From Lepidodermella squamata (taxonomy: Eukaryota > Animalia > Gastrotricha): 64,000 nt of DNA. Each line of letters begins with the position of its first letter. Position 1 is the first letter of the stretch. Under the pieces are notes generated by a model, which worked only from the letters and a program-made list of their open reading frames with translations, was not told the DNA's origin and did no database searches. The stretch spans positions 2,356,001 through 2,420,000 of the forward strand of contig JBLDXI010000002.1 of assembly GCA_047495785.1 (NCBI GenBank). The letters are read 5' to 3'. The position numbers and the translations under genes were made by a program. Positions 38,036 to 49,800 of the stretch are shown piece after piece.

Positions 38036-38460
38036 GACGAATGTTGCACCAGGCAGCCAAACTGCCTGTGGTGCATCGTCAGCGCCTGTGGCCGCGGCAA
38101 AATTGCGTGCCACAGGTGTGACGTTGACCTATCGCTTGCGAGATAAAGAGATACGGTAGATAAAAAGAGCTACGACGAAAGGACGATTTTTCTTCTGCTA
38201 GAATGAAATTAATCATTATGAATTCAATTGACTGCTTCGATCAAGGGCAATCAAGAACTCAAGACCTCGACTGATTTTTCCATCCAATAACAGAGATTGA
38301 AGAGGATGACCAGCTACCAGAGTCGAAGAAGGCTAAAGATGCACAAACAAAGTGCCCCTAGCCCGCGCCATCGTATTTCGGCGGTGACCCTAATCAGCCT
38401 CGAGAGGACGAGTTGGGCTACCAACTACCAGCTTCTAACAAGGCTAAGGTGGTTACCCCA
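38036..38460 (+). pseudogene. RING remnant plus duplicated linker
   Basis: CCTRQPNCLWCIV...CHRC; 38295-38445 duplicates 34380-34535. Confidence 0.6.
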
Positions 38461-38937
38461 TGACGGGTAATGTAGACAACTATGAACGAGTTTGTGTTAA
38501 TTCTTTCAATAAAATACTTGACGCAATTCACTGATTTTGTTGTTGTCAACACTTAAACCATTTGATTTCTTTCATTGCTATCAATACAGAAGTTTAAGGT
38601 AGATCAATTACTATATATATATCGCAAAAATTTGAATTCGCATCAAATTTCTCGCGCCTGGAAAACTGCTATTCGTTGTCTACTTCAAGCGATGACGAGG
38701 ATGCTCACGTTGCTGAGCCGAGAGCTAAAGCGCAGAAGCAGCAAGAAGTTAATCTTGCAAGAAGTTTTATTTATTTATTTTTAGAATATCCGTTTTCCCG
38801 GTCCACTGCCCGACGCTCCCGAAGCAAAAAAAGACAAAAAAGAATAAAGCGCCAGAGACGAAACAGCTCAAGAGACGAATAAAACACGAAAAAAAGCCCC
38901 AACCACCTCAGCGTTGGTGGTTGGGAGCGTTGGTTTC

Positions 38938-39439
38938 CAGCGTTGGAAACAGGTAAGGTTTTGCAGACCGGTACCGGTACCTGCGAACGGTGGAAGTCAA
39001 ACTGGACCGGGCCGGGAACGGGCCGTTCTACCGGTTTTAGAACTGCATTTTTCAAATCGCATGAAAATAGCGAAAACATGATACCAAACGCATAAAATTT
39101 CTTAACTTATCTAAAGAATCAGATCAATATATGCTAGGAGCCTTCGAAGACTCACGGGGCCTTTCGATCGGGGTCAGTATAATAGTTCCGAAACTCCGTA
39201 CCAGCCCAGCCATCCAATAAGTATGCAAAACATTACACTGCTGCACTAATGCTCATAGTCAGAATAATGAGCAAAACTAGAAAATTTAGTTTTCTGTGGA
39301 TTTTTCCCACGCCCAGCCTGCCAAGTTGAAAATTCAACTTTTCCCGGTCTACCGGTGGCGTTTTTCGAGACCCATACCGGACCTGGAACGGGAACGGACC
39401 GGGAACGGCGTCGGTCGACCGGACCTGTTTCTAACGCTG
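38938..39439. mobile_element. hAT-like MITE
   Basis: TIR cagcgtt(g/a)gaaacaggt, subterminal accgg/ggaac repeats; no clean TSD. Confidence 0.55.
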
Positions 39440-40391
39440 CCCGGTTCCCAAATCAAATTTGAACATTATTTTTTTAATCATGTACGAAATCTGGTCAAAA
39501 TAATTTCTTACCCCACTTCGTCCGGCTGTTCACACAGCGTCGAGTTGCAAGGCTCGGTCCACTCCGCCAGAGTGTCGCTGCTGGTCGGCGCCAACGAGCT
39601 GATATTGCTGCTCGAGGACGAGGAGTTCTTCGAGGCGCGTCGCGAGTTTTCGATTCGGCGATGTTGTTGAGGCTCGTTCGCCTTGCCCTGGAGAAACACG
39701 ACCTGCCCTTGAGGTTGCCAGTCGATTCCTACCGCGCGCACCAAAATCGTCGGCATCCTGCGCGAAATCACGTCGTTCCGCCCATTTCAGCCGCCAACCC
39801 ATTTGGTGAAAAAGTTAATTTAAGGTGGCTTTGGCTGCCAATCGACAACTCGTTGAAGTTCGAGACGGCCTTGATGGAATTTGAGGAAAGAAACGCTAGT
39901 CGTCTCGAGGTGACCGACCAGTTTTGAGTGAAAAATCAACCCGAGACTGATGAACTTGATTTTTCTTTCAGGCAATTTTTTCGCAATTTTTTTGAAATTC
40001 TAATAAAAATAAAAATCGAATTGAGGCGAATTTTCAGGCGAGAAAAATTACCGTTGTGAAGACCGAGGTCACCTGACCGGTCATATCATTCTATCATGAC
40101 ATTAATATTAATATATTATATGAATCGATTGATATTATATTGACCTTGAAGTAAGGTAATTTACCTGATGACCTTTGTGGGATAGCGCCTGAGGTCCACG
40201 GCTCGTTCCACGGCTTGGAACCGCGTGGCCTCGGGGAGCTGGTGTCCGCGTTGACTAATCTAATAGTGTTCCCTAGAGTGATTAACTTTATTGGTTATTG
40301 TTTGGTTATCGACTCGACTCGTATCAACCGACTACTCGACCACTGCGACTCTGCATTTCTTCAACGGTAATACTCTACATTCTCACAGGTT

Positions 40392-43300
40392 ATGGGCCCA
40401 GAAGCTACTGATTCAGCCGTTCGAACCGTTCTTCGTGGCAAGCGCAACTTTGAACAGTGGCGCAACGACATTCATGCCTACTTTCACTCGAAGGATGCCC
40501 TCGACATCATCACTTACGAAGTGGAACCACAGACGACGCCCGGAACAACTGTCGAAGAACGTGCTGCCTATGACGCCTGGCGTAAGCTTAACTGCGAGCT
40601 TAGGTATGCAATTTATAACTCGGTTGATGAAAAGTTGCGATATCTGGTCAACGACGAGTTTGACTCACGTTCTTGCTATTTGGCTTTATCCGCCGAATTT
40701 GCTAAGGTGGATGCTGAGAGTCAAGTGGATGCTCTCGTTGCTTTTAGAAATTGTGCCACTTTTACCCCAGGAAGCTCGCCTGATCTGCATATTACGGCTT
40801 TTGGTACCGTCTTGGAGGATTTGAAGACCGCCGCTGAAGGTCAACGCTCGCCTAAAGATCTGTGTGCCTTTTTCTTTTCGACGTTGCCTCGTCATTTGGC
40901 TGAGTTCCGAATTTTCGAGAAAAATTTCTTAAGAGACAATCCTGAACCAATTGTATCGAATTTATTCTCTCGTTTCAGGGCGGAGTTCGGACAGGCTGCT
41001 GCTGCTGCTCCAAACGCCGTGCTAGTCGTCGGAGGCTCGCCTGCCGAGACAGTGAACACCCGTTGTGGACACCCGGCCAGCACGTCTGGATGTACGACCT
41101 GCCGCAAATCAAAGGTAGTATGTTTCGGTTGCAATAAGCACGGGCACTATTTCGGTGCGTGCCGTAAACCAGTCTTTGATGACGAAGGATATCCGCTTTA
41201 CTTACCCAGAAATTTGAGAAATTCTTTCAAAACTCGTTTAGCGCCTCGACGTCTGAACGATTCGTTTCGCGGCATGAGCCGGAACGGTCGTGGGGCTAGA
41301 TCTGCAAGCCGCGATGACGCCTATCGTGGACCTCGGGAGTGGCAACCGAGCCGTGACAGAAGAGTCTACAAGACCGCCGCCGACGCAGCCGCCTACGTGG
41401 CCGAGACGCGCAACGACCCGCCCGCCCAGCCCTTGACCAGCACTTTCGACCAGTCGCGCCTGAAAACCGCCGCCTTTGACGACAGCCGACTTGGCGATAC
41501 GACCGATGTTACGACGGACGAAACGGCGTACGACTTCGCACTCGTTAACGCGATGGACGAGTTTGGAAGTGGAAGTGGAGGTGATGATGATGCTTTGGGT
41601 TTTGATATCCCCTACGCCTGGTATGGCCGTGCCGGTCTGGATAAAGATGATAGTGTTTACCCCTCTTTTTCTCCCACCCCGGTGTTTGAGCATAGATGGC
41701 TTGTGGATAGTGGCTCTAGCGAGCATGTGACGTCGTATCCTCATTATTTGATTCCTGAATCTGTTAGAGAAGCTGCTAGTAGTAAACGATTCAAGATTGG
41801 TGATGGTTCATTTCTGCATGCTAGTAATGTCGGAAATATGTACTTTGATTTTCCTTCTGTCACTGGTGCTAGAAGAGCTTTGGTGCGTAATGTGCATTAT
41901 GTCCCCGATCTTTCTGCCAATTTGTTGAGTGTAACGCAACTCGTTTTAACTGGGAAGAGAGTCGTGTTTGATGGCAGACTCTGTACTGTAGAGAGTGGTG
42001 AGGAATCCATGGTGTTGGCTGATTTAATTGGCAACCTGTGGCACGTCCGTGGTGTCCCAGTCACCAGTGCGACGCCCTCGACTATCTCATCTAATGATGA
42101 AACAAATACTGAGTGCGTTATGTATGTCGCGCCTACTGCTGAAGCGGACATGTGGCATGAACGTTTGGTGCACGTGAATGTGAGGGATATTAAGCGCATG
42201 GCTTCACTTGGTTTGTTGAAGATCGCTGGAAAATTCACGCAGAATATCTGTGAATCGTGTCAACTCGGGAAAGCTCACAAGCTTGTCCATAAACGTGTTG
42301 ATCACCCACAGAGTCGTGGAATTCTCGATCTCGTGCATACCGATTTGGCAGGTCCTGAGCCGACTGCCGGACTGTTTAATCATGCTTTGTACGTGTTGTC
42401 ATTCAAAGATGATTACTCTTGTTATTGCATAGGTTATCCACTTGTTACAAAAGCTGATATTTCATCGACGATTATCTCTTATTGCAAACTCGTGGCCAAC
42501 AAGCACCGAAAGCAAATTGCGACTTTGCGATCTGACAATGGTCTTGAATTCACTGCTGATGAAGTCGAGAATTTTCTGACTGAAAATGGCATCAAGCATG
42601 AACTCACCGTTGTATACACGCCGAGTCAAAACGGGTTTATTGAGCGAAATTTTCGAACGATATTCGAGGCAGGCCGAGCGATGATTTTTCGTGCCGGTGT
42701 CACTGACGGCTGGTGGGTAGAAGCTGTCATGTGTGCGATTTATGTTCGAAACATGCTCTTGACCAGTGCTATTCCTGGTAAGAAGAAAACGCCTTACGAA
42801 TTATGGCATGGTCATAAACCTGACCTGTCCCGATTGAAAGTGTGGGGTTGCATTTGTTTTGCTCATATCCCTGACGATTTGAGGAACAATTTACAACCGA
42901 AAGCGCGCATTTGCCGTTTTGTTGGTTATTCGGAAGTTTCCAAGGGTTACCGTTTGTTTGATCCTGTTTCGAATACGATCATCATTCGACACGATGTTGT
43001 GTTTGATGAACATCGATTTAATTTCGATGTCATTCAACGTCCTTTGAAAGAAGTTGTTATTCCACCACCGATGATTGAAAATCGTGAAAAACGCATCATC
43101 AAACGCAAAGTTTTCGGATATGAATGGGAGTCTGATCCGGTTGCTTCAGCTCCATTCCAGCAAGGGGGAGCAACAAAGGGAGCTCCGCCTGTAACTACGG
43201 TGATTACTGCGCCGAAGACTACGACTGCGGTTGTTCCGAGCGTAGCACCCGCTGTGAGCACTGCGGTGAATCGTACTCTGAAACGCGCGGTAACGCCTGC

Positions 43301-45398
43301 ACCACACGAAAATTTGACTCCATCGAAAATTACCTCGATTTCGAATGATTCGTCTCGTTCTGCGATTAAACCTGCTACTGATCAACGAATTTCTCTGACT
43401 CCCTTCCTGCCTAGATCTGGCGCGCCGCCGAGCACGCCACCTCGAGGCAGTCCAATGCCGGCTCTTGAACCTCAGTTGACCCCTGATTTGAATCGATTAC
43501 CTGTGTCTGAGCAGTCCAAATCCATTCAACGAATTTCTTTGACACCGTTATTACCAGCGATTGAACCTGCGATTGAACCGATTACTGTTTCTTCTACTAA
43601 TGTTGACCCTGTTGTAGAATCAACGGTCGAACAGACCTTACCGGCCCCAGCTGCTGCGGTCTCTCGTGGCAGGGGGAGGCAAGGGGCTGTGACGAATGAT
43701 GCCCCGAGAGCCCGAGAAGTCGGTGCTGCTCCACCTGAAATTATCGAGCTTCCGAATTACGAAGGAAGAGTTACACGAAATCAAGCTCGTCTCGCTGCCG
43801 AGATTAATTTCGTCGGAAATGAAGCATCGTTCGAAGAAGGATCTTTCGTTGTTTCCTCGATAGATGAACCTTTGACTTACGAAGAAGCGATAAATGGTCC
43901 CGATCGCGAGAAATGGATTGAAGCTATCCAGAAGGAACTGGATTCACTCAAGAAGAATGAAACGTGGATCTACGTTGATCGGCCGAAAAATGCCAGCGTC
44001 ATTGGTAGTAAATGGGTTTTCAAGGTCAAACGTGATGCCGATGGAAATGTTGAACGCTACAAGGCTCGCCTAGTGGCTAGAGGTGATTTACAACGTGAAG
44101 GCATCGATTTCACAGAAACTTATGCTCCTGTTGTTCCTATCGTTACGCTTCGCATGATTCTTGCTTTCGCAGCTAAGCACAATTTGGAGTGTGACCAAAT
44201 GGATGTTGAGACTGCGTATCTCAATGGAGAAATGGGTTCTGATTTGGTCTATTTGAGGATCCCAAAGGGTGTTGAAGATGTTCCTTCGAACAAAGTTTGC
44301 CTCCTTAAACGAAGTTTGTACGGCTGCCGCCAAGCCGGGAGGTGTTGGTTCAAAACACTCACATCCTATCTTTTGTCGATTGATTTCAAGCAATCTAGAT
44401 ACGATCCTTGTTTGTTTTATCGCGGAAAATGTCTGATTGCTATCTACGTTGATGACCTAGTTTTGGTGGCAAAATTGAGATCAGAAATCAATGAAATGAA
44501 ACGTCAGTTGATGAATCGCTTCGCTATGAAGGATCTTGGCCGATGCAATTTTATTCTCGGTTTGCATATTGAAATTACGACCAATTTTTTCAAGATCCAT
44601 CAGCGCAAGTATATCGATGATTTACTCGAATTGTTTCGATCGACTTCGACTGATACGAAATCGCTTTCTACGCCGAGCGATCCATCAGTCAGGCCAGTGG
44701 AAGACGATGGTGCGAGTGATTTGTGTGATCAAAACTTGTACCGACGAATTGTTGGCAAGTTGCAATACGCCTCAGTTTGTTCTCGTCCGGATATTTCGTT
44801 TGCAGTTGGAGTTGTTTCGAGGTTTCTCAACTGCCCGAATAATTCGCATATGACCGCCGCACGGCGCATTTTGCGTTATCTGCTGGAACGCCCTGACAGG
44901 GGATTAGTCTATTCACGCGGAAAATCCGAGGATGGGTTGCTAGCCTATGCCGATTCCGATTTTGCCGCTGATACCGACTACCGAAGATCTGTTCACGGGT
45001 ATGTGATTCTCTTTGCTGATGGCCCTGTTAGTTGGCGATCAAAGAAGAATACATGTGTTGTGCAAGATACTTTCGAAGCCGAGTATATTGCACTTGGAAA
45101 AGTTGCAAGGGAAATTTACAGAATTGTTGCTTTGATGAGTTCGATTCAAGTTACTATTCCTTTGCCAGTCACGACTTACTGCGATAACAGTGCCGTGGTT
45201 CAAACCGCGAATTCTGATCGATCACGATACTTATCGTCACGTCATGTTGATACTGCTTTCTTTTACGTGAAGCAGCAAGTTGGAGACGGTGAAATCAACG
45301 TCGTCCAGGTTACGTCTGCTGCGAATATCGCTGATATTTTCACGAAGGCATTGCCTGTTCCAACTTTCACGAAGTTGCGAAGTATGTTGACTAAGTAA
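40392..45398 (+). CDS. Copia gag-pol polyprotein (1668 aa)
   Basis: CCHC knuckle CFGCNKHGHYFGAC, protease WLVDSG, integrase WHERLVH/CESC/RSDNG, RT YKARLVARG and YVDD, RNase H ADIFTKAL; PR-IN-RT-RH order. Confidence 0.97.
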   Translation: MGPEATDSAVRTVLRGKRNFEQWRNDIHAYFHSKDALDIITYEVEPQTTPGTTVEERAAYDAWRKLNCELRYAIYNSVDEKLRYLVNDEFDSRSCYLALSAEFAKVDAESQVDALVAFRNCATFTPGSSPDLHITAFGTVLEDLKTAAEGQRSPKDLCAFFFSTLPRHLAEFRIFEKNFLRDNPEPIVSNLFSRFRAEFGQAAAAAPNAVLVVGGSPAETVNTRCGHPASTSGCTTCRKSKVVCFGCNKHGHYFGACRKPVFDDEGYPLYLPRNLRNSFKTRLAPRRLNDSFRGMSRNGRGARSASRDDAYRGPREWQPSRDRRVYKTAADAAAYVAETRNDPPAQPLTSTFDQSRLKTAAFDDSRLGDTTDVTTDETAYDFALVNAMDEFGSGSGGDDDALGFDIPYAWYGRAGLDKDDSVYPSFSPTPVFEHRWLVDSGSSEHVTSYPHYLIPESVREAASSKRFKIGDGSFLHASNVGNMYFDFPSVTGARRALVRNVHYVPDLSANLLSVTQLVLTGKRVVFDGRLCTVESGEESMVLADLIGNLWHVRGVPVTSATPSTISSNDETNTECVMYVAPTAEADMWHERLVHVNVRDIKRMASLGLLKIAGKFTQNICESCQLGKAHKLVHKRVDHPQSRGILDLVHTDLAGPEPTAGLFNHALYVLSFKDDYSCYCIGYPLVTKADISSTIISYCKLVANKHRKQIATLRSDNGLEFTADEVENFLTENGIKHELTVVYTPSQNGFIERNFRTIFEAGRAMIFRAGVTDGWWVEAVMCAIYVRNMLLTSAIPGKKKTPYELWHGHKPDLSRLKVWGCICFAHIPDDLRNNLQPKARICRFVGYSEVSKGYRLFDPVSNTIIIRHDVVFDEHRFNFDVIQRPLKEVVIPPPMIENREKRIIKRKVFGYEWESDPVASAPFQQGGATKGAPPVTTVITAPKTTTAVVPSVAPAVSTAVNRTLKRAVTPAPHENLTPSKITSISNDSSRSAIKPATDQRISLTPFLPRSGAPPSTPPRGSPMPALEPQLTPDLNRLPVSEQSKSIQRISLTPLLPAIEPAIEPITVSSTNVDPVVESTVEQTLPAPAAAVSRGRGRQGAVTNDAPRAREVGAAPPEIIELPNYEGRVTRNQARLAAEINFVGNEASFEEGSFVVSSIDEPLTYEEAINGPDREKWIEAIQKELDSLKKNETWIYVDRPKNASVIGSKWVFKVKRDADGNVERYKARLVARGDLQREGIDFTETYAPVVPIVTLRMILAFAAKHNLECDQMDVETAYLNGEMGSDLVYLRIPKGVEDVPSNKVCLLKRSLYGCRQAGRCWFKTLTSYLLSIDFKQSRYDPCLFYRGKCLIAIYVDDLVLVAKLRSEINEMKRQLMNRFAMKDLGRCNFILGLHIEITTNFFKIHQRKYIDDLLELFRSTSTDTKSLSTPSDPSVRPVEDDGASDLCDQNLYRRIVGKLQYASVCSRPDISFAVGVVSRFLNCPNNSHMTAARRILRYLLERPDRGLVYSRGKSEDGLLAYADSDFAADTDYRRSVHGYVILFADGPVSWRSKKNTCVVQDTFEAEYIALGKVAREIYRIVALMSSIQVTIPLPVTTYCDNSAVVQTANSDRSRYLSSRHVDTAFFYVKQQVGDGEINVVQVTSAANIADIFTKALPVPTFTKLRSMLTK

Positions 45399-45529
45399 GT
45401 TCATTTGAGTCATTTTCAACTGTTTACTCGGAATATCGACTTTCGAATGATATGCCCGAGGGGGAGTGTGAAGACCGAGGTCACCTGACCGGTCATATCA
45501 TTCTATCATGACATTAATATTAATATATT

Positions 45530-46002
45530 GGGTGTTGCTATTGGCACATAATTATGTGCCTCTTATTGGCTATTGGCACATACATTATGTGCCCCTTAAT
45601 GGCTATTGGCACATAACGCTAATTTCAATTTTCGATGTTTTAGAAAGTCACGCATCGAAATGTTCGACGAGTATTGATATTAGGGTTTTCGTCAACGGGG
45701 AATCGAATCGCGATATCGAAATTGCAGTCATGGGCCCGCAAATCGGGGTATCCGTCATCTAATGGGTAGCCCAAGTAGAGTATCTGAAGTCTATCGCATA
45801 GTTACGTGAAATCCGACGATTCCAGTGAATTCGCCGCCCCTAGATTGCTAATGCAAGGTTGAAATGCTGGTATCTGGGAATTAAACTCCCGAAAAAAGCA
45901 GTTAAATGAAAAATGTTATGTGCCAATAGCCATTAAGGGGCACATAATGTATGTGCCAATAGCCAATAAGAGGCACATAATTATGTGCCAATAGCCACAC
46001 CG
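45530..46002. mobile_element. Mutator-like MITE nested in copia 3' LTR
   Basis: ~87-bp TIRs built of gctattggcacata units; 9-bp TSD taatatatt, single copy in the 5' LTR. Confidence 0.9.
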
Positions 46003-46919
46003 TAATATATTATATGAATCGATTGATATTATATTGACCTTGAAGTAAGGTAATTTACCTGATGACCTTTGTGGGATAGCGCCTGAGGTCCACGGCTCGT
46101 TCCACGGCTTGGAACCGCGTGGCCTCGGGGAGCTGGTGTCCGCGTTGACTAATCTAATAGTGTTGTGTTCTTCCCTCCCTAGAGTGATTAACTTTATTGG
46201 TTATTGTTTGGTTATCGACTCGACTCGTATCAACCGACTACTCGACCACTGCGACTCTGCATTTCTTCAACGGTAATACTCTACATTCTCACAACCGTTC
46301 GTCTCGTTGGCGCAACAAAAACTCGACTGCAAACCAATCAGGTTGAATTCACTTGAGGCGCAATTCATAATTAAGCAACCTAAATACACAGAAATATAAC
46401 CATGTTCAGGTTACCATAGAAATATCTAAACCTCACTGCTGATGCATGTGAAAATTAAATTCTGGTGATGATATTGCCGAGGTGTCGAGTAAATGTTGCG
46501 GAATAATAATAAAACATCCGACCTAAAATAAAAAAGTTTCATTAGAAAAAGCAATATCAGGCCGAGAATTACCGACTTCACTGGTTCACTTCCAGGCGCA
46601 CTCTCAATTTTCACCACCGTTTCTAGGGGGCAGATCCGAGTTGTTGCGGCTTTTGCTTTGCCAGCAGTCTCCCTTTCGGCTGCAATGGCGGCCCAAGTAA
46701 ATTAAACATATAATGGTTAATTTCGTTCTAGCAACAAAATATCGTCGTTTTAGTTATTTCATCTTTACTTATGTACAATAAAATTGCGGCAAAACGCTAA
46801 ATAAAAAATAAATTGTTGGTTTTCAGCGACAACCAACCGGTAGCGAAGCCGGTAATGGGCGACGACGAACTGCGGCGGTCTCCACTCGCAAAAACCGAGA
46901 TCATTAGTCGGCATCAGCA

Positions 46920-47220
46920 TCTTGCCGAAACTTCACAGCGCTTGTCACTTGTACCTACGGCTATGATCACTTCGTCCGGTTGTTCTTGACACAGCGTCGA
47001 GTTGCGAGAATAGTTGCTGCTCGAGGACGACGAGTTCTTCGATGGGCGAGTTATCGATTCGGCGATGTTTTTGAGGCTCGTTCGCCTTGCCCTGGAGAAA
47101 CACGAACTCCTCGTCGAGGCTGCCAGTTAGCATCGATCAGGACTCGGCGAGTGGCGACAAGTGGAGGTGCCAGCGGAGGAGCCCGGAGGAGAGAGGCGCG
47201 GCTCCGGGCAGGCTGCAAAA
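46920..47220 (-). repeat. Unidentified degenerate coding-like repeat (copies at ~32800-32960, 35090-35340, 39500-39790)
   Basis: Shared strings such as gctgctcgaggacga, gccttgccctggagaaacacga, cacagcgtcgagttgc. Confidence 0.55.
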
Positions 47221-48013
47221 TATGAAGAAATTCGCGTCAGGCTTTTTCAACAAAACGTTTTGAGAGCAGAAGAGGAACAGATGAAACTTGACCGGATACT
47301 TGAAACAGCCATTTTTGGAAAAAAAAATCAGAAAAATTACAACACCCATTTTCGATTCTAAGTGACTTCGCCTGCTGCTCATCGTTAATACGGTGAACGA
47401 TAAAAATGCTCGGGACGCGGCATGACACGCTCCCTCTAAAGTTGAATTATATTTTTTCAAAAAAGGAGAAATTAAAATTTCAAATTTCCGGCTCGCTAGC
47501 GAATGAAAATAGCCATCATCAGTCATCGGAGGGGCATCGTGAGCTTTGCTTGATTAGCCAATGGGCACTCTACGACAGGTTTTTTACCTAACCAAGCCAT
47601 GACAAGCCATAAGCCATTGTAATTGCGCGTTAGTATTTGTTGACAGTTTAAACATCGAAGGGATTTGAAATAAAAATGCGTTAAAATGCGGCTTTCGCTG
47701 ATGACCGAGAAAACCCAGCAGGTCGCAGCAAATAATCACGCAAAACAAGCTCGTTGCAACAAAATAAGAAAGTACGAGGATGAAAAATCATGATGATGAG
47801 AAATAGAAATGTAGGTCACGGCGCAGCGATTTTATTACTACGGGCCTCGCGCTGAATGGAAGCGAATTATTAGGCCTGCCATACGTCATGAAAGTTTACA
47901 CAAACTAGGGAAATCAACGAAACTAAAAAGCCTGATTATCGCTCCAAGAAATTAACCAAGAACTCACCTGCGGCATAATGCAGCCAGCCGCGCCCCGAGG
48001 GAAGCCTTGACAC

Positions 48014-48466
48014 TTAGTGCCGTGGCGCCTCGGGGATGGCTGCGATGCCAGCAGCTTGCCGCTCGGCTTCCATCGCCGCCTCCTCGTGTATCCGGGCTTC
48101 CGCCGGCTCGCCGGCCTCCCAAGCCCGAGCCGCAGCTCGCCACTCCCGCCGTGCCCTTCTGCGCCAGTGTCGGAGCCTGGCGGCAAGTGCCACGGCTTGG
48201 CGGTTAGCAACAACCGCCCGGCACTTGCTCACCAGGGCCCCCAGCGATGGGCGGGCCAGGAACACGTGGGTGAGGGCACGGCTGCGGCGGAGCTCGGCCT
48301 GAACATCGGCCAGTGTGGGCTGCCGACCCTCCGCCAAGCACGCGGCTACGATCGGCTCGATAGCCGCGAGCTCGTCTTGCCGCCACCTGTGTCCTGTAAA
48401 TAATAGGTATGTATGTCATCGATGAATTGAGAATTAACACAACTTCTTACCTCGCCGTTGGTCCAT
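48014..48466 (-). CDS. Small Arg/Ala-rich Myb/SANT-like protein (copy B)
   Basis: Micro-exon MDQRR, phase-1 intron, RWRQDELAAIEPIV...GIAAIPEAPRH. Confidence 0.65.
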
Positions 48467-49208
48467 GCCTGACTTATAAAACTTATAAATATCTAGATAT
48501 TTGACAGCAATTATGAAATATGCAGGGTTATTTATTAAGATTGAGAGCCGGTTAAAAATAGGCCATTGACCAGAATAGACCAGAAAATCGAAATTTGCCC
48601 GATTCATTACCGCTGCCAGAATTTAAATCCTATTTCGCAAAACTTGCTCGCCGGTGAACAGGCCACGGTCAAATATACAGCTGCAATTGTCAGATTCACA
48701 AATCGGAAAATATTGCCGGGGCAGAAGACAGGCAAAAAGTGATTTTTCGAGTAAGAACCTTTCAGGAGATGTCTCTAATTTTTTAAGTTAGCTTTTACGA
48801 CCCGTCGTAAGACCTCGACAAAAGTCCGGAAAAAAATAATTTCCACCCGGTAAAACATGGCAGTACCCGGCGATCTTCGTTTTGATGTGGCTAGTTTTAT
48901 CAAAAGGCTGGAGTGGAAATGAAGATCAAAAGTGGCACTTGAGCCAACAAATCAGGTCTGGAACCTTATTTGTCTCCGCGAGAGAACTAATAAAATCGCA
49001 AAGCTTTGGTATAATTCGATTAATTTCCAGCTGCGCGCGTTCGAGAAGTGGAAAGTGAGTCGGTTAAATTAGAGCAAAAATACCGCTGATAGAAGACAGA
49101 TAGGTATGGAAATGTGGGTTCTCGCATCAGAAACACCTCAAAAAGTTATAACTGGTGTTTAAAAACGAAAACTCAAAAAATGCTGTTCTGCACACCAATA
49201 GTCAATTA

Positions 49209-49800
49209 ATGGGAAGAGGCAAGAGGCTACCGAAGTTTGAAAAAGAGGCCGTGAGAAATTTCGGACTAAATTTAGAATTTGACAATTCAAAAAGCGCCGC
49301 AAGAATTGATCACAGATTTTTGAAAAATTTCTCGAGAGAGCCATAAACCGGTCAGCCTGCTTAGTCGGAAGCGAAAATAGTTCGAGCACCACTGGTTTAA
49401 GGATCGAAAAATAACGTTCCTTCCAGCTAGAAAATCGACACACAGAGCAATTAATTATCATCATTTTTCCAACGCTTGCCCTGCCACGTGGCGTTCTTGC
49501 CACGTGTATAATAAAAAGAGCTGCTTGTCGGTTCGATTGATGTGAACTTTTTGCACGCGACCTATTTTTTGCTGGAAGAAGAATCGGTTGCAGCGCAGCA
49601 ATAATAATGTTTTCTGGCGATGTCTGGCTTGACCTGGCATCATTGCAGACACACAACGCGAAAAATTACGCAAAAAATTATAGCGACGGAGTTACCAAGT
49701 TCCCTACCTCTAAAGGGCTTGGGTCTCGGCTAGGCTCGCTCAAAAAAATCTGCGATGAGATTTATCGCTTTTCAATTGAAGTTCCTGGCCAAAACAGCTT
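49209..49800 (+). mobile_element. Possible highly decayed Tc1/mariner transposase
   Basis: MGRGKRLPKFEKE start, IMFSGD (cf. FSDE), KFPTS (cf. KxPxSVMVW); many stops. Confidence 0.3.

Larger units (their letters stand above)
40055..46293 (+). mobile_element. Full-length Ty1/copia LTR retrotransposon
   Basis: TG..CA LTRs 40055-40387 and 45467-46293, 5-bp TSD ACCGT, PBS GGTTATGGGCCCAG at 40388, PPT gagggggag at 45458-45466. Confidence 0.97.
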
